This document shows, one piece after another, positions 1-12,872 of a stretch of DNA of 64,000 nt (within the stretch, counting starts at the first letter, position 1; each line of letters begins with the position of its first letter). This stretch comes from Oopsacas minuta (Eukaryota; Animalia; Porifera). The stretch spans positions 1,278,863-1,342,862 of the forward strand of contig JAKMXF010000299.1 in assembly GCA_024704765.1 (NCBI GenBank). The letters run 5' to 3'. A program made the translations under genes and the position numbers. The notes beneath the pieces were generated by a model that was given only the letters and a program-made list of their open reading frames with translations, was not told the DNA's origin and did not search any database.

Positions 1-829
1 AATTATTAACAATATTGTAAATACAGGGCAAAAGGTAAGATTATATATATATACATGTTTGTTTATAAGCTTATAAAATACATTCTGAAATCTAAGAATT
101 TAGGACTTTTGACGAAACTTTTTCTTATAGTAGAAGAGTGTTGATTTTTTAATGGAATCTTTGTAAAAATACGTGATGGGAACATTTATTTATATTAATT
201 ACAAGCTGAATTTTGTAAACACAAGCATAAAATTGTAAATAACTTTACGTTTTGATTATATCGCTAAGCAACCATAATATTTATATACATTTTTGAAAAG
301 AGAATTTTTTAGAATATTAGATTAATTCAAAAGTTCATTTGATTGAAACAATATTTGCACGAATTTTCGGGACCTGGAAATTGTTGTATTTTATAGAGAA
401 TTAAAAATGCTATATTATAAAACTCAGGAGACAACTTGACAGAACGCGACAGATGAAGTTATGAGACTTCGAAGTTGAGTGACGACAGAAATATCCAACT
501 GAAAAATTTATCAAAATATTTCTCCGCTTATATAATCACTATAATAAGAGAGTAGTCAAAATGCAATGGAATGAAGTCTTTGGAATGTATTAGTTGCTTA
601 GATACTGGAATTTAAGTTCATTGATATAAATGAATATCTGTGGTTTTCAAGAATAATTTCTGAGCAAGAAATTGTAATGCTTATACACATTCCAGTTGTT
701 CCTAAACTAAATGATGGATCATAACAATTTTAGATATTTCAAGTAATTGGGTATTTCTCTTTCCAATGAACTTTAAATGTTTACTAAATATCGGAAAGAA
801 ATTTTGACCAATTTCCAGGGGTGTGCCAC

Positions 830-1941
830 TATGGTTTGGAATCCTCAAATCCCTTCCCTCGAAGAGGTTTCTTCATCTCTCCATACAGCCAGTAGTCGCT
901 TGGAGCCAGGTCTGGACTATACGAAGGATGAGTGAGGCATTCGAATCCTAAGTCGTCAATTGCAGCCATTGTCATGAAGCTTACATGGGGGCCTTGCGTT
1001 GTCATGTTGCACCAATGCGTCACGTGTCAACTTGCCTCGCCTCTCACGTTTGATCGCTTGACGCAATTCTTTCAATTCGTTAACGTAATGATTACTGTTT
1101 ATGGCTGTTTTCTCAGGCAATCAGTCGATGTGTATAATTCGTCCCTATCCCGAAATACTGTTGCCATTCTCTTCCCTGCTGATTTTGCGGCCTTTACCTT
1201 GATGGATACAGGTTCATCACGTCTCTTCCACTGCTTCGATTGAGTTTGCTCTCTGGTTCATAATCATGAAACCAAGTTTCATTCCCCGTTACTATACGAT
1301 CCAAAAAGTCTTCCTCTGCCTTGTATCTTGAACGTAATTCTTTGCTCACTCTGACCCTTTTGTGTTTTGCTCTTTTGAAAAAAGTTTTGGGACCCAACGT
1401 GCAGTTACCTTCGACATTTCCAGATCTTCAGTGATAATCGAGTGTAGTGTGGCTTTTGATATACCTACCCTCTCTTCTACCTCTTGCAGGGTTATTGGCC
1501 TGTCTTCGTCCAAAATTGTTTGGACCCTCTCGATATTACTACGGGCATTTGAGGAAGTCGGACGACCTGGACCACTGTCATCGTGGAGGTCCTCATTGCC
1601 ATTATCAAAACGTTCCATCCATCTTTATATGTTTGCTTTCGAAGGACATTCAACACCGAAAATATCCTGCATTTCACGAAGAGTGTATGAGCCAGTCTTC
1701 CCCTTTTCTACAGGTACCAAATTATTTGTCGTTTTCCTTCTTTGCTAAAATTCATTAGTTGAAAAAAAATAGCCTATACAAATGAAACTTTATGCTGAAG
1801 AATATCCTAGTAGAGTAAAGAGTATATTGTATCGAAGTTAGACAATATAAGTTAGGCTTGTAATCTGATATTCGCTTAGGGCTGTATTAACTAGAATATG
1901 AATTCGATACATTAGTCTCATTACTTATTGAACAACCCTTG
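830..1941 (-). mobile_element. Mariner (Mos1/Hsmar-like) element, 3'-truncated, frameshifted transposase
   Basis: Minus-strand fragments give HTH...GRP, the WVPKL linker, IVTGNETW (first catalytic D mutated) and HPSYSPDLAPSDY. The 5' TIR CAAGGGTTGTTCAATAAG ends at 1941 with flanking TA; ATG ~1755. No second TIR found. Confidence 0.85.
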
Positions 1942-2097
1942 TATCTAAGGACCTGCTGCAGCTGGGGGCATGTTCACTAAACTACTTAAACTTAAATATT
2001 GCTAAAACTAATTATATACCTAGTTTTTTTAAACATTAAATTGCAAAAAACTAAGTTGGTATTCACAAATGAAAACTGAGCAAAATTCTTAGGTATA

Positions 2098-2992
2098 CAG
2101 TCAGGGGACAAAAGTATTCGAACACACAAATATATTGTCATAAATTGTATACTCTTTCCCGCTCCTATATATTGTCTAGTCTATATTCATAGCTGCAATC
2201 TAGTAATTTGCATAGAATAACATGTTTTTCAAGAATTTCAAAGAAATATTCTCGATTTACACTTTTTGAATGTGTTAATTATTAATAATCATTAGATAAT
2301 TATTGATAATCAAAATATGTGGTAATTCAAAACCTATTAAGAATCTATAATTTCTGACTTGATATTTGAATTCTACGTAGGCGAGTTATCCCACATTGAA
2401 ATTTCCAATCGGATTGAACAATTTTTACCAAAGTTATAGAAGAATTTCAATTTGTCCCACTTGTGCCACTTTTTGAAAAAAGTGGCACAGGTGGCAGGAA
2501 AAAGCGCCACTACAAGGGAATCAACTAGGGTTAGCAGGAATAAATCAAAGTAATATTTTCGAATGATATGACTATGCTAACCCTTGAATTCCAAAATAAC
2601 CTCTTGGTAGCGGCCACTTGTGCCACCTTGGGCAAAAGGTGGCACAAATGACACAAATAGAAATTCATCTATAACTCTGGTAAAAATTGTTCAATCTGGG
2701 GTAACTCGCCTACGTAGAATTCAAATATCAAGTCAGAAATTATAGATTCTTAATAGGTTTTGAATTACCACGTATTTTGTTTATCAATAATTATCTAATA
2801 ATTATTAATAATTAACACCTTCAAAAAGTGTAAATCGAAAATATTTTTTTGAAATTCTTGAAAAACATGTTATTCTATGCAAATTACTAGATTGCAGCTA
2901 TGAATATAGACTCCACAATTTATAGGAGCTGGAGAGAGGATATAATTTATGACAATATATTTGTGTGTTCGAATACTTTTGTCCCCTGACTG
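2098..2992. mobile_element. 895-bp near-fully palindromic MITE/foldback (Tc1/mariner-type ends)
   Basis: Ends CAGTCAGGGGACAAAAGTATTCGAAC / GTTCGAATACTTTTGTCCCCTGACTG, TA on both sides. Arms of ~430 bp pair almost to the centre; no ORF. Confidence 0.9.
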
Positions 2993-3000
2993 TATATAGG

Positions 3001-3826
3001 TTCAGAATGATGGTTTCTTGCCAACCTTGCTGCTAGTGAAGATTATTTTCATGCCATAATTATTTCGCAATACGTTAGAATTTACGCAAAAGAAATTATA
3101 TGGTATTTGTCTAATTGGGAAATAATTCTATATACGAAATAATATACGTATTTTGAATATATACAGTTTATTGATGTAATTGCTATAACTACAATGTATA
3201 TATCATGGGCACTTGCCATTACAGTCTCAAAGGTACGGGTTGCCATAAATTGTAATGCCACAGCTAGTTGAGTGGTAGTTTATATTGATGTGATCTTACA
3301 GTACTGAGATGAAGAAACACACAATTTTTTATCGTGCAGCTGTAAAAATACCACACGAGTTATCCTGTAATGGCTGATAGACTATGTATCATGTTATGAA
3401 TCAAGTCAATTGGAGTATTTACAATTTACATGGAATATAATGCCCAAAATGTCCAACCGATAGACTGGTGTGCAGCCCGTAGCAATCTTCTATCTATGTT
3501 TTCCCCACAACTGCTAGCCACTGAAACAGAATTTAGCTCCCTTTTGAAATATCTGCATAAGCTGTCAAATATGATGAATCATTTTATTTGATAAATCATG
3601 TTGAGTTGATATACATTTCAAAATATCAAAATTGGATTCTCCATACTCGATTGCCCCAAACGAATCATTGAAACGCAACATCTAGCATTATTTAGGAATA
3701 TTTACCAAAAGGTGTGACAATATGATTGATCCCAAACAAAGTATGAATTTTTACTTTAGATGTAAATTGGACTTCTACACTTTATGGAAGCGTGGAAGGA
3801 CGTAATTACGAACGCACACGAACATC
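3001..3826 (+). other. Possible small exons of an unidentified host gene
   Basis: Several short AG/GT-bounded open segments (FIDVIAITTMYISWALAITVSK; DWCAARSNLLSMFSPQLL...; DVNWTSTLYGSVEGRNYER...). No family recognised and the frames are not fully joinable. Confidence 0.2.
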
Positions 3827-3937
3827 GCACATTGTCTATGCCTTTAAGGCGTCTCCCTATTTGAGGTGTACTAAAATTAACTAATGTTTCAACAGACTGC
3901 GATTTTTTGCTATTTTGCAGAAACTTATCTTGCTATA

Positions 3938-5244
3938 CAGGGTTGGGCATAAGTTCTGCCACAATATTATAATCCAGCCAAAAATGATTCCATTAGTTAT
4001 TTGTATCTGTCATTTAGCTCAAACTTTGTTATAATATATATTTTTCACTCTTTCGCTGAAATTTTATATTATCTTAGCCTTTTGAAGCGATAATTGGTCT
4101 TGGAGCAAGAGAGGTCGAAAATCATTGAATTATTTCAAGCAGGAAAAAATCCGTCAGAAATCTTCAATCTTCTGAAATTCCCTAATAGTAGAAGGAGGTT
4201 CATTACTCGAACTATTGAGCGATATGAAGTGACTGGCGGGATTACTGATAAACCAAGATCTGGCCGTCCACGGTCTGTAACGACTCAAAGGCTTAAAAAA
4301 GTGCTACGTCAACGAATTCGCCGAAATCTCCGCCGATCAATGAGCAAAATGGCCAAAGAACTAAGAGTTTCACTTATCAAACGGACGAGTTGTTAGAAAT
4401 GACTTGCATTGCGCTCTTTCAAGAGAAAGAGAGTCCATCACATGACGAACCTAGTGAAGGCAAAAAGAGCATCGCGAAGCAAGGGACTTCTTGAGAGGCA
4501 CGCAATCCATGGTCTCAATTCATTCCTGTTCTCAGATGAGAAATTATTCACCATTGAGGAAGTAACGAACCCTCAGAATGATCGCATCATCTCATCCTCA
4601 ATTTCAACTATCCCAGAAGAACTTCGATCTGTCAGCCGTATACAAAAACCACTTTCAGTCATGGTTTGGGTGGGAATATCATCAATTGGCCAGACACCAC
4701 TCATATTCGTGCCTGCGGGCGTAAAAATCGACACCCAAACTTACCGTGAGCTTATTTTAGAACCTGTAATACAAGATCTCTCTAAAACTATGTTTTCAGG
4801 GAAACCTTTCGTGTTCCAACAGGATGATGCTCCAGCCCACACATCGAATTCAACTCAGGCCTGGCTTCGAAGCAATAATCCAGATTTTAATCAAAAGGAG
4901 GAATGGCCGCCATACAGCCCCGATTTAAATCCAATGGATTATTCTATCTGGCCCATTTTGGAAACGAGGACATGTTTGAAGTCTCACACCAATATAGACT
5001 CCCTGAAAAAGTCTTTGTGTCGAGAATGGAAGAGAATACCTCAAGAAATACTCCGTACCAAAGTAGAGGCTTCCCTAAGAGACTAAAGGCTGTAATTGAA
5101 AGAAAAGGAGGATACATCGAATAATTAACGTATCTGCGAATCTATATACCATATTTAGTAGCATACCGAATTTCTACATAATACAATATATCAATCGGAA
5201 AATGTAGTTATTTAATTATGTGGCAGAACTTATGCCCAACCCTG
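3938..5244 (+). mobile_element. Full-length Tc1/mariner DD37D (maT-type) element, frameshifted transposase 4094-5124
   Basis: 26-bp perfect TIR CAGGGTTGGGCATAAGTTCTGCCACA, TA TSD. Motifs FSDEK, QQD and SPDLNPMDY, with 37 residues counted between the 2nd and 3rd D. Confidence 0.93.
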
Positions 5245-5254
5245 TATCTTTAGT

Positions 5255-5610
5255 AAGTTATGTTTCACCTAATGACCCAGTCCTCTATGTCATCTCTGTA
5301 TACCCTTTCTCCAACGATTTCATCAAAATATCTGCATCAACAATAGACCCAGGAATTGTGCAACTCGTTTTGTACTTACTGAAAAGAAATCCTAGAGGGT
5401 TTTTGAACTCAATTGCGGTAGCAGTGGTGGAGATGTTTTCTGATGATATCAAATTGTTTGAAGATGATCATCTATTGTCTCTGTGTACCATTCAATTACC
5501 AATATTATATAAAATGGTAAATTTGTGGCACAAGGTGGCAATGATTGATAATTATCAACCTAAGAAGTACCCATTAGATGCTAATTGTTCTGCAATGGAC
5601 ATTTCTAATG
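5255..5610 (+). mobile_element. Decayed non-LTR (CR1/L2-like) reverse transcriptase fragment
   Basis: PGIVQ ... VEMFSDDIKLF (YADD-box equivalent) ... KMVNLWH resemble RT domains 4-6; truncated at both ends. Confidence 0.6.
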
Positions 5611-6332
5611 TGTAGAATGGGAATCTTGAATAGTTGACTTAGTTTTACATTATGTATTTTAAATTGACTTTTTGCCTACTTAAATTAGTGTATTTTCATA
5701 GAATCAACAGCTAAATTCATATTTCTTAATCAAAAGTGTCAATATTACATATTGAACTTTTCGAGATTTAGTTAACTTTATTGAATTTTGTTTATTTTCT
5801 TAATAAACACTATATAAACACTATAAAGATATATATATGTGACATATTGGAATTGCTGAATGCTATTTCAGAATAACGTTCCATAGATACTTCCTTTTAA
5901 ACGGACCAACATACGAACAAACAAACTGACAAACTGACTTACTACAATTGATAATTATATGTTTACGTATGTATGTTTCACCACACACAGTTGCCTTAAA
6001 CTACCTTTGTATCTAAAAACGTATTATCCTGCAGATAGTAATTACCCTGTGCCATTGTCTTCTCTATATGAGGCCTATCATTAGATGTACCAGGGATATA
6101 GTAGTGTATGGTAAATATTCAATTAATATACAAATGATTTCATATCACACTAATAGTTATTTATGATATGTCCAAGTAAATGTATTACAAATATGTAGAA
6201 TATCATGCCTCCAAACCAACAAAGCAAAAATTATCACATGTGCCAATTTTTTGCTTAGTAAGCATTATTTGGAGAATATGACCCAATCTTTGATCAGCTG
6301 TGGAATGCCAAATATCGCTTCTTTTGATTTCA

Positions 6333-8160
6333 AAGTTATGACGAAATTGTGTAAAGATGCTTTTGTAAAACTTATTAAATTTGTAATGAAAAGTTGGCAA
6401 GTTTTTGAGTTACAGTAGTGACCATGGATGGTGATAATTTGTCAGTATGCATTAATTATTCGGAAACCCTCAATGATATAACAAAACTCACTATTTCCGA
6501 TTTATAGTATACACTCGATTTCCCATACCCTTATGCTACATGGTGATATGATATCTCCTATGATAATTACGCAATCCTGAGTATTACCATATATGGATTT
6601 ATTGATGACTATGCAATAATCCTTGTAGATATCATATCAAAATGTACTAAAGGGTATGGGGAATCGAGTACAGGGTGGCCAATAAGTTCTGTCCTATAAC
6701 CTTATATAGTAATATGTTTATGTAACCATGATAAATAGGTAGCTTTCGCATTCAATTCATTGATTTAAGTCTTAGCATCGAAATTCAACAGAATAGGATG
6801 ACATTTAGTACATAGCAACAAATTTGGTGGCAATGGAAAGCAAACGATCAGCAATAATTGAATTATTCAAAAATGGGAAAATCAAAAGGAAATCATGAGA
6901 CTACTAAATATTTCAGAAACAAGAAGAAAGTTGATATTTCGTACTATAAAACGATTCAACGAGACTGGTAGCATTATAGACAAACCTAGAAGTGATCGCC
7001 CAGTGTCAGTTACGACTGTACGGATGCGAAAGACAATCAGGAGCCGGGTATGGCGGAATCCTCAGCGATCAGTAAGAAAAATGACCAAAGAACTAAGAAT
7101 ATCTCGTGGATCGCTTCAAAATATTGTAAGAAGAGACTTAGGGCTATCTTCTTTTAAGTGGAGAAAAGTTCACTTCATTACTGATCAAATAAAAATGAAG
7201 AGGCTGTCAAGAATCAAAGGACTCCTTTCTCGATTCGTTACCCAAGGCCTAAATCGAGTACTTTGCTCTGACGAGAAACTTTTTACTGTGGAGCAAGCAT
7301 CAAATCGTCAGAATGATAGAATTTTGTCACGTGTACCTCTGCCATTCCTGAGAAATACAGATTTGTCAAACGAGTCCAAAAACCACTCTCGGTGATGGTT
7401 TGGGCGGGAATATCCTCTGTTGGTCGGAAACTGCTTGTTTTCGTCCCATTTGGTGTAAAAATCAACGCTGCAACATGCAAGGAGCTCATTCTGGAACCAT
7501 TCGTGAAAGACCTTGGCAAGACCATGTTTGAAAATGGTTCATTTGCGTTTCAACAGGACGGTGCGGCTGCTCACAAAGCAAAAAGCACTCAAGAGTGGCT
7601 TGGTGTGAATATTCCCCACTTTATCACGAAGGTAGAATGGCCTCCCTCTAGTCCAGACCCAAACCCTTTGGATTTCTCTCTTTGGTCGATTTTGGAGTCA
7701 AGAGCCTGCTAGAAGTCTCATACCAATATTGAGTCATTGAAGACATCTTTGAGGCGAGAATGAGAAAATATCCCTCAAGAAATTGTTCGTACCGCTGTAG
7801 CGGTAGTCAATCAGCGTCTGAAGTCTGTCATCAAGCAAAATGGCGGATATATTGAATGACAGTCGTATAAATTATATGTAATAGTATGTAGAAGCGTATG
7901 TTAAAATGTCAACAAGATCGAATGAGAATTCGTTAAGTTCCAATAATTTTTCTATGTGACAGAACTTATTGTTCACCCTGTATATGCTATCAATCGGAAA
8001 TAGCGAGTTTTGATATATCAGTGAGGGTTATCGACTAATTAGCACATTTTGACAAATCATCACCATCTATGGTCACTACTGTAGCTCATAAACCTGCCAA
8101 CTTTATCATGATAAATTTTTAATATGTTTGATAAAAGCATCTATCCATAATTTCGGACAT
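6333..8160. mobile_element. Old foldback element (~200-bp diverged arms), right arm interrupted by a maT element
   Basis: ~6333-6532 is the reverse complement of ~6650-6670 plus 7981-8160 once 6671-7980 is removed; arms visibly diverged. Confidence 0.75.
6671..7980 (+). mobile_element. Second DD37D (maT-type) element, full length, decayed transposase
   Basis: TIR CAGGGTG(GC/AA)CAATAAGTTCTGTC, TA TSD. Motifs CSDEK, FQQDG and SPDPNPLDF with 37-residue spacing; frameshifts and stops. Confidence 0.92.
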
Positions 8161-8636
8161 TACCCTTCTCCGCTACTGCTGACACTCCTAAAATGCTTTT
8201 AAGAGAATGGCATCTATACTTTGTGTAGGTGAAGGTATTCTTAAACTTAACTGGTTTGCATTGACAGCCAATCATTTCCTATTATTATTTCGAAGCATTT
8301 GATACATTTCGTCAAAAGATTAAAGAATTAATGAAAAATGAAGCTGATTCGTCCTTATTACTGCATACTATGTTGCAAATCTCATATTAGCTTTAAAACA
8401 GTAAATAATGACACATACACTTCACAAAATCATGAGAACATTTTCAGTTTACGTTTTTCTATACTTCTAGAAGTTACAAGTAAATTATAGTTCTTAATCT
8501 TGTAGCCAGGAAAGCAATTAGCAAGAGTAAAAATAAGTTATGTAAGATATCCCATCTAGTAACATTGCAGATATATCAGTTTGATTTCAGATACCAACAC
8601 TTGGATCATCTTTCATGGATATCAATGTGAGCTTAA

Positions 8637-11252
8637 CTAATATTTTCTAACTGGACCGTATACAAGTAGATTCGCCAAATGATCATTCCTCAATAACAAA
8701 CAGAATCTTCTAGAGAGTAATGACAGAGCTAAGAACAGGCTTCGATGGTACTTGAGCCCCTCTCGATCTGCTAATTGCAAGAGCTTGAATTGAAAAATGG
8801 AATCACTGTCAAGTATATATTCTTTGTCACACGTTAGCGTATCAGTGCACAACCTACACTTTTGTAACCCTTCCAAGAAATTATAGACCGAATACCCTCG
8901 GATAAAAGCTAACGACTGGAGTGTCTGCTGAGTGTATTCAATTGAAAATATATCACTAGTTCCATCAAGATATGGCTCAAGATCTATTTGGTCATCAGTA
9001 GAAGTAGTGAAGAGTGAAGTAAAAGATTTGACAAAAGTATGTATGGATTGACAAGAGTCTTGTTGGTCAGAAAACATTTTTAGGATGTTAGAGAGCTTAA
9101 GACGACGCTCGGATTCAAGAATTTGAATGTAGGAAATATGATAATTCGAACCAACCATCATACGATAGAGTCCAAAATGATGTTCCAATGGGTCTGTTTG
9201 CAGAAATGCAGACAAAACATAAGAAAATCCACAAGACTCAGTTAGATAGTTTGTTATCTGTTCTTAAGCAATACAAGCGTGTTTCAAACTAGTGTACGTT
9301 TGCTTACTCAATTTACCTGATTTTCCAGGTAAGGACTGCCAAGCATCTAGCCTATATACTATACGAGCTAAATATATGAAACGCTCATCGTGTAAGATCA
9401 AGGGTGTTGAGAGATTGTCATTTAAACGGATGCCTTTGAAGGGTGTACTAACATTGAATATTTTCCACAGAGTAAGAAGGATTCTACAAACGTAGAGGTA
9501 TTATTACGATATTCTTCACAACGTTTTTAATTTTGAATCTCAAGAGCGGATAGTGTTAGACCATTAAAAACCTTCAGAACCAATCTGACATTCTGTCTTT
9601 CTATACTAGAAGGAAAACAAGCTTTCGCTGTTAACTGAGGAGCCAGTTTCGCTAAACTTCCTCTTTCAGAGCTGTATAGAAGGCGTACATCTTGAAAAGA
9701 TACTGAATGGAGACAAAGGGGGTACTGGCATTAATCAATCTCAAAATCTTCCAACTTGGGGAAATACATTGTCTTATCAAAATTCTTCTGATTCAACCAA
9801 TTATTACGTATACTTTTTAAAATATGAACAAAATCGAATGTGAGGAAGAGAAATCTAGTAGGATCAAATGGGTGAGGCGCCCTAGTTTCCAATTTGCCAT
9901 TCAGAGAAAATAGTTTGAGAAATTTACATTGAAAGGATAATTGTCCGTTGAAATACCTGTACACATGAACCACAATTCTCAATATCAATGATGCACTCTT
10001 AGATGATAGGAAATATCTTTTCAGCGGAAATAGAACCACATGTTTGTAAATGTGAAGTACAAGACCATTTCTTATGGTAGGTAGATACCATCACCGCAAA
10101 CACAGTTCTGGTTAAATCCTTTGGGTCCAAATTAGGAGCAAAGATTTCCCTCCTTTGTAAGTAATATCAGATTTAACGTGTATGTATATCACCATTTAAA
10201 TTATGGCATTTGTCTCCAATGAACTGAAGGAAGAAGTACCTTGAGTGAGATAATTAGAGAAACCGTTTTCAATGCCAAACGAGGAATGTAATGTATTTAA
10301 TGTCTGAACAGGCGGTAGAGAAAGACACTCTAAACCCTTGAGATATAAATAACATGCTGGAGGTATGAGATGAGTCTTAATTGGGATGACATGAGTAATT
10401 ATAATGTACCTTCGCCTGTTCTTTGGAATAAATATATTATCTAATTGACAGAGGATAAATTGAAGCTTAGCTATAATTGAGGAAGAATTGTTTTAATTAT
10501 TCTCTTTGCTGGCTAAATCAATAACCTTCCCTATGTGTTGTTTGGCACGATGAATATGAAATGAATGTGATTTAGTATGCTCATCATCCTATACTGATTT
10601 TTAGGAAATTTTATGTGATAATGATTCAATTTGTTGAATATCATTAATTTAATTAAGAGAAGTAGGTATACTTTATCCATAGAACCAGGCTGATACATCT
10701 CAAAAGGATTTTATTTCTAGACAGAAATCCACTGAAATAGTTTTCTCAAGACGAGGAGGAATAAACCTTGTACTAGAATTGTCAGGTAGCACAATATAAT
10801 TCAACTTAACTATCAGATCCTGTATATTTTTAATGGTGAATTTGTGTTTGGCCTCACTCTAAGATTTTAGACTAAGCTGAATGGTTTGATTCAACATTTC
10901 TTTCTCTTTTGCTTCATATGACAAATGAGTACTTTGCTTCTCGATGTTGATTAATAATAAGAGGGACAACCTGGAAGTTAACTTGTAATTGCCACTTCTT
11001 TCAGCTTAAGTTTATCGCGAGGTAGACTAGTGAATTACCGTCACTATTGGAACCTTATGAAAATACTCAATATCTCCACAGAAATGCTTGATACAGACAT
11101 TAATGTCCTTGACACGATCAGTATCCTCAGTGAAGCGCGCGTATCCAGGCCTGTCTAAGTTCATGTGGATTCTCTGGCATTCTGAATTTATGCACTCTGT
11201 CATCTGGGTAATAATTACTTGTGCAACCCGGAGCAGAATAGGCACGGGGCAT
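8637..11252 (-). pseudogene. THAP-domain P-element-like (THAP9/Galileo-type) transposase pseudogene
   Basis: THAP remnants MPRAYSAPGC...AWIRALH and VCIKHF; core DFVHILKSIRNNW; C-terminal QTDPLEHHFGLYRMMVGSNY. Many disruptions; paired TIRs not confirmed. Confidence 0.85.
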
Positions 11253-11686
11253 GAGAGATACAATATACAAGCTAATAGTAAGCAGAAACATAAATGGATC
11301 ATAAACTGACAATAGGTATGTCATGGACTATCATTGCTAGTAAATAGAGTATGTCAGTGAAAAACTTTTTATTTGCTTATATAACTATTATGCTGAATTT
11401 AAACAATATATTATTTTGGATCACAAGTTTGAAAAACATATAATGGTTGGTTAATATAATCAGCTAATAGCTTATCCTGGTACAAAACAATGGGGTTACT
11501 GTTAGGCCTTATATTTAGTAGGTTATGGCTATACCAACTATATCCTCCTTACTATGACTTGTATATTCTCCCAAATCAGGAGGGGTATGACCTTCCCTGT
11601 TAAATCCAGGTGGGGTCCAGCCCTCCCACTTTCGGTTCCTATACGACTTTCCATACACTGATAATTAATATGTATAATATCAATAG

Positions 11687-12300
11687 GTAAATATGTTGGT
11701 GTGTTTCAAAAGGATTCTTACAGCGGAGATCTAATACACAACTGGAAATCCAATTATGAGAATAAATTTTCTCGTTTTGATGTTACTTCTGCCTTTGCTC
11801 AACTGTTCTCCGTTAAAGATGAAAAGGAACTTGTACTTATACAAAAAGCTTGTCACACTACATGTCTTCTCTTTAGCAAGTTTGTTAAAAAAGAGATTGT
11901 TTCTATTGTTGATCAAGATAAGAAAGTAAAACACAAACGATTAACTGCGCAGATTGAATCTGCTTTGTTTGAAGGCGAGAAATATTTGCCACCTGGGGTG
12001 TCTAGTGATCTCGTTGAACATTGTTTTCCTCCCATTCTGCAATCCGGAGGTAAATATCAGCTAAAATTCAGTACAGCTTCTGATGAAGAAAAGTTACATT
12101 TTGGTACTATAATAATATGCATGGGTGTGCGTTATAAAACTTATTGCTCTTCTTTGGTCCGGACTATGATGGTAATGCCGGATAATACTCAAAAAGAGAT
12201 TTATACCTTTCTGTTAGATGTTTATCAACTGATTTTGACTAAATTAATTCCTGGAACACCTTCATCTGATGTTTACAATTCAGCAGTTTCATATATCGAA
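11687..12300 (+). CDS. SPT16: FACT complex subunit SPT16, internal exon (N-terminal aminopeptidase-like domain)
   Basis: Uninterrupted frame GKYVGVFQKD...PPILQSGGKYQLKFS...MGVRYKTYCSSLVRT...AVSYIE matches the SPT16 NTD. Acceptor caatag| at 11686 (phase 1), donor |gtttgt at 12301 (phase 0). Confidence 0.93.
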
Positions 12301-12872
12301 GTTTGTTTATTTTTCATTTTATACTCTCATAGAGCGAATACCAAATATTTGTATATGTGAGCCCCCGCCTGAATTATGTATCAGACCACCCTGTTTATTT
12401 ATGATATGAGAAGTTTAGCTCCCCTGATATCAACCAAAATACCAGTCATATTTTTTCCATTGGCCTAGAATATCCACAAGATGTGATTATTTTTGAGCTC
12501 GGATAATGCATGCTAATTGAGTATCAAATATTTACTTACAACCATCATCCAATTCGATATTTCATTAAATATATGCCGATTAGAGTTTTGATTCAATGAA
12601 GTAGTACATTACACCCTCGGATAGCTAAAGACCTTTATCTTTCAATCTTTGTTTGGTGTTCTTATAACACAAGCCAATATTGTATATTCAACTTAAATAT
12701 TTTTGAATGTGTTGCCTCGATTTTAATTTGCTGATTCCAATTATCAAGTCCAATTTACTCTAGCACGTCACAATATTGTTTGTCCTTCATTAAGTCCTAA
12801 TTGCTAAAGTTTTGAGATATATTTCCTCTATATCAATTTAATTTCAATAACCATATCACTTTATATTCATTA

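Noticed and set aside
11332-11353. Candidate 5' TIR (CATACTCTATTTACTAG) for the 8.6-11.3 kb P-like element
   Set aside because: No matching partner or 8-bp TSD found near 8.2-8.6 kb.
11731-11934. Minus-strand ORF and similar antisense ORFs (932-1243, 1362-1748, 20037-20453, 31152-31352, 49240-49530, 62363-62617)
   Set aside because: Shadow frames opposite real coding or transposase sequence.
12301-12360. SPT16 ORF ending at 12360, or a 32-nt intron after 12300
   Set aside because: The read-through and short-intron products do not resemble SPT16; the matching continuation is at 40480.
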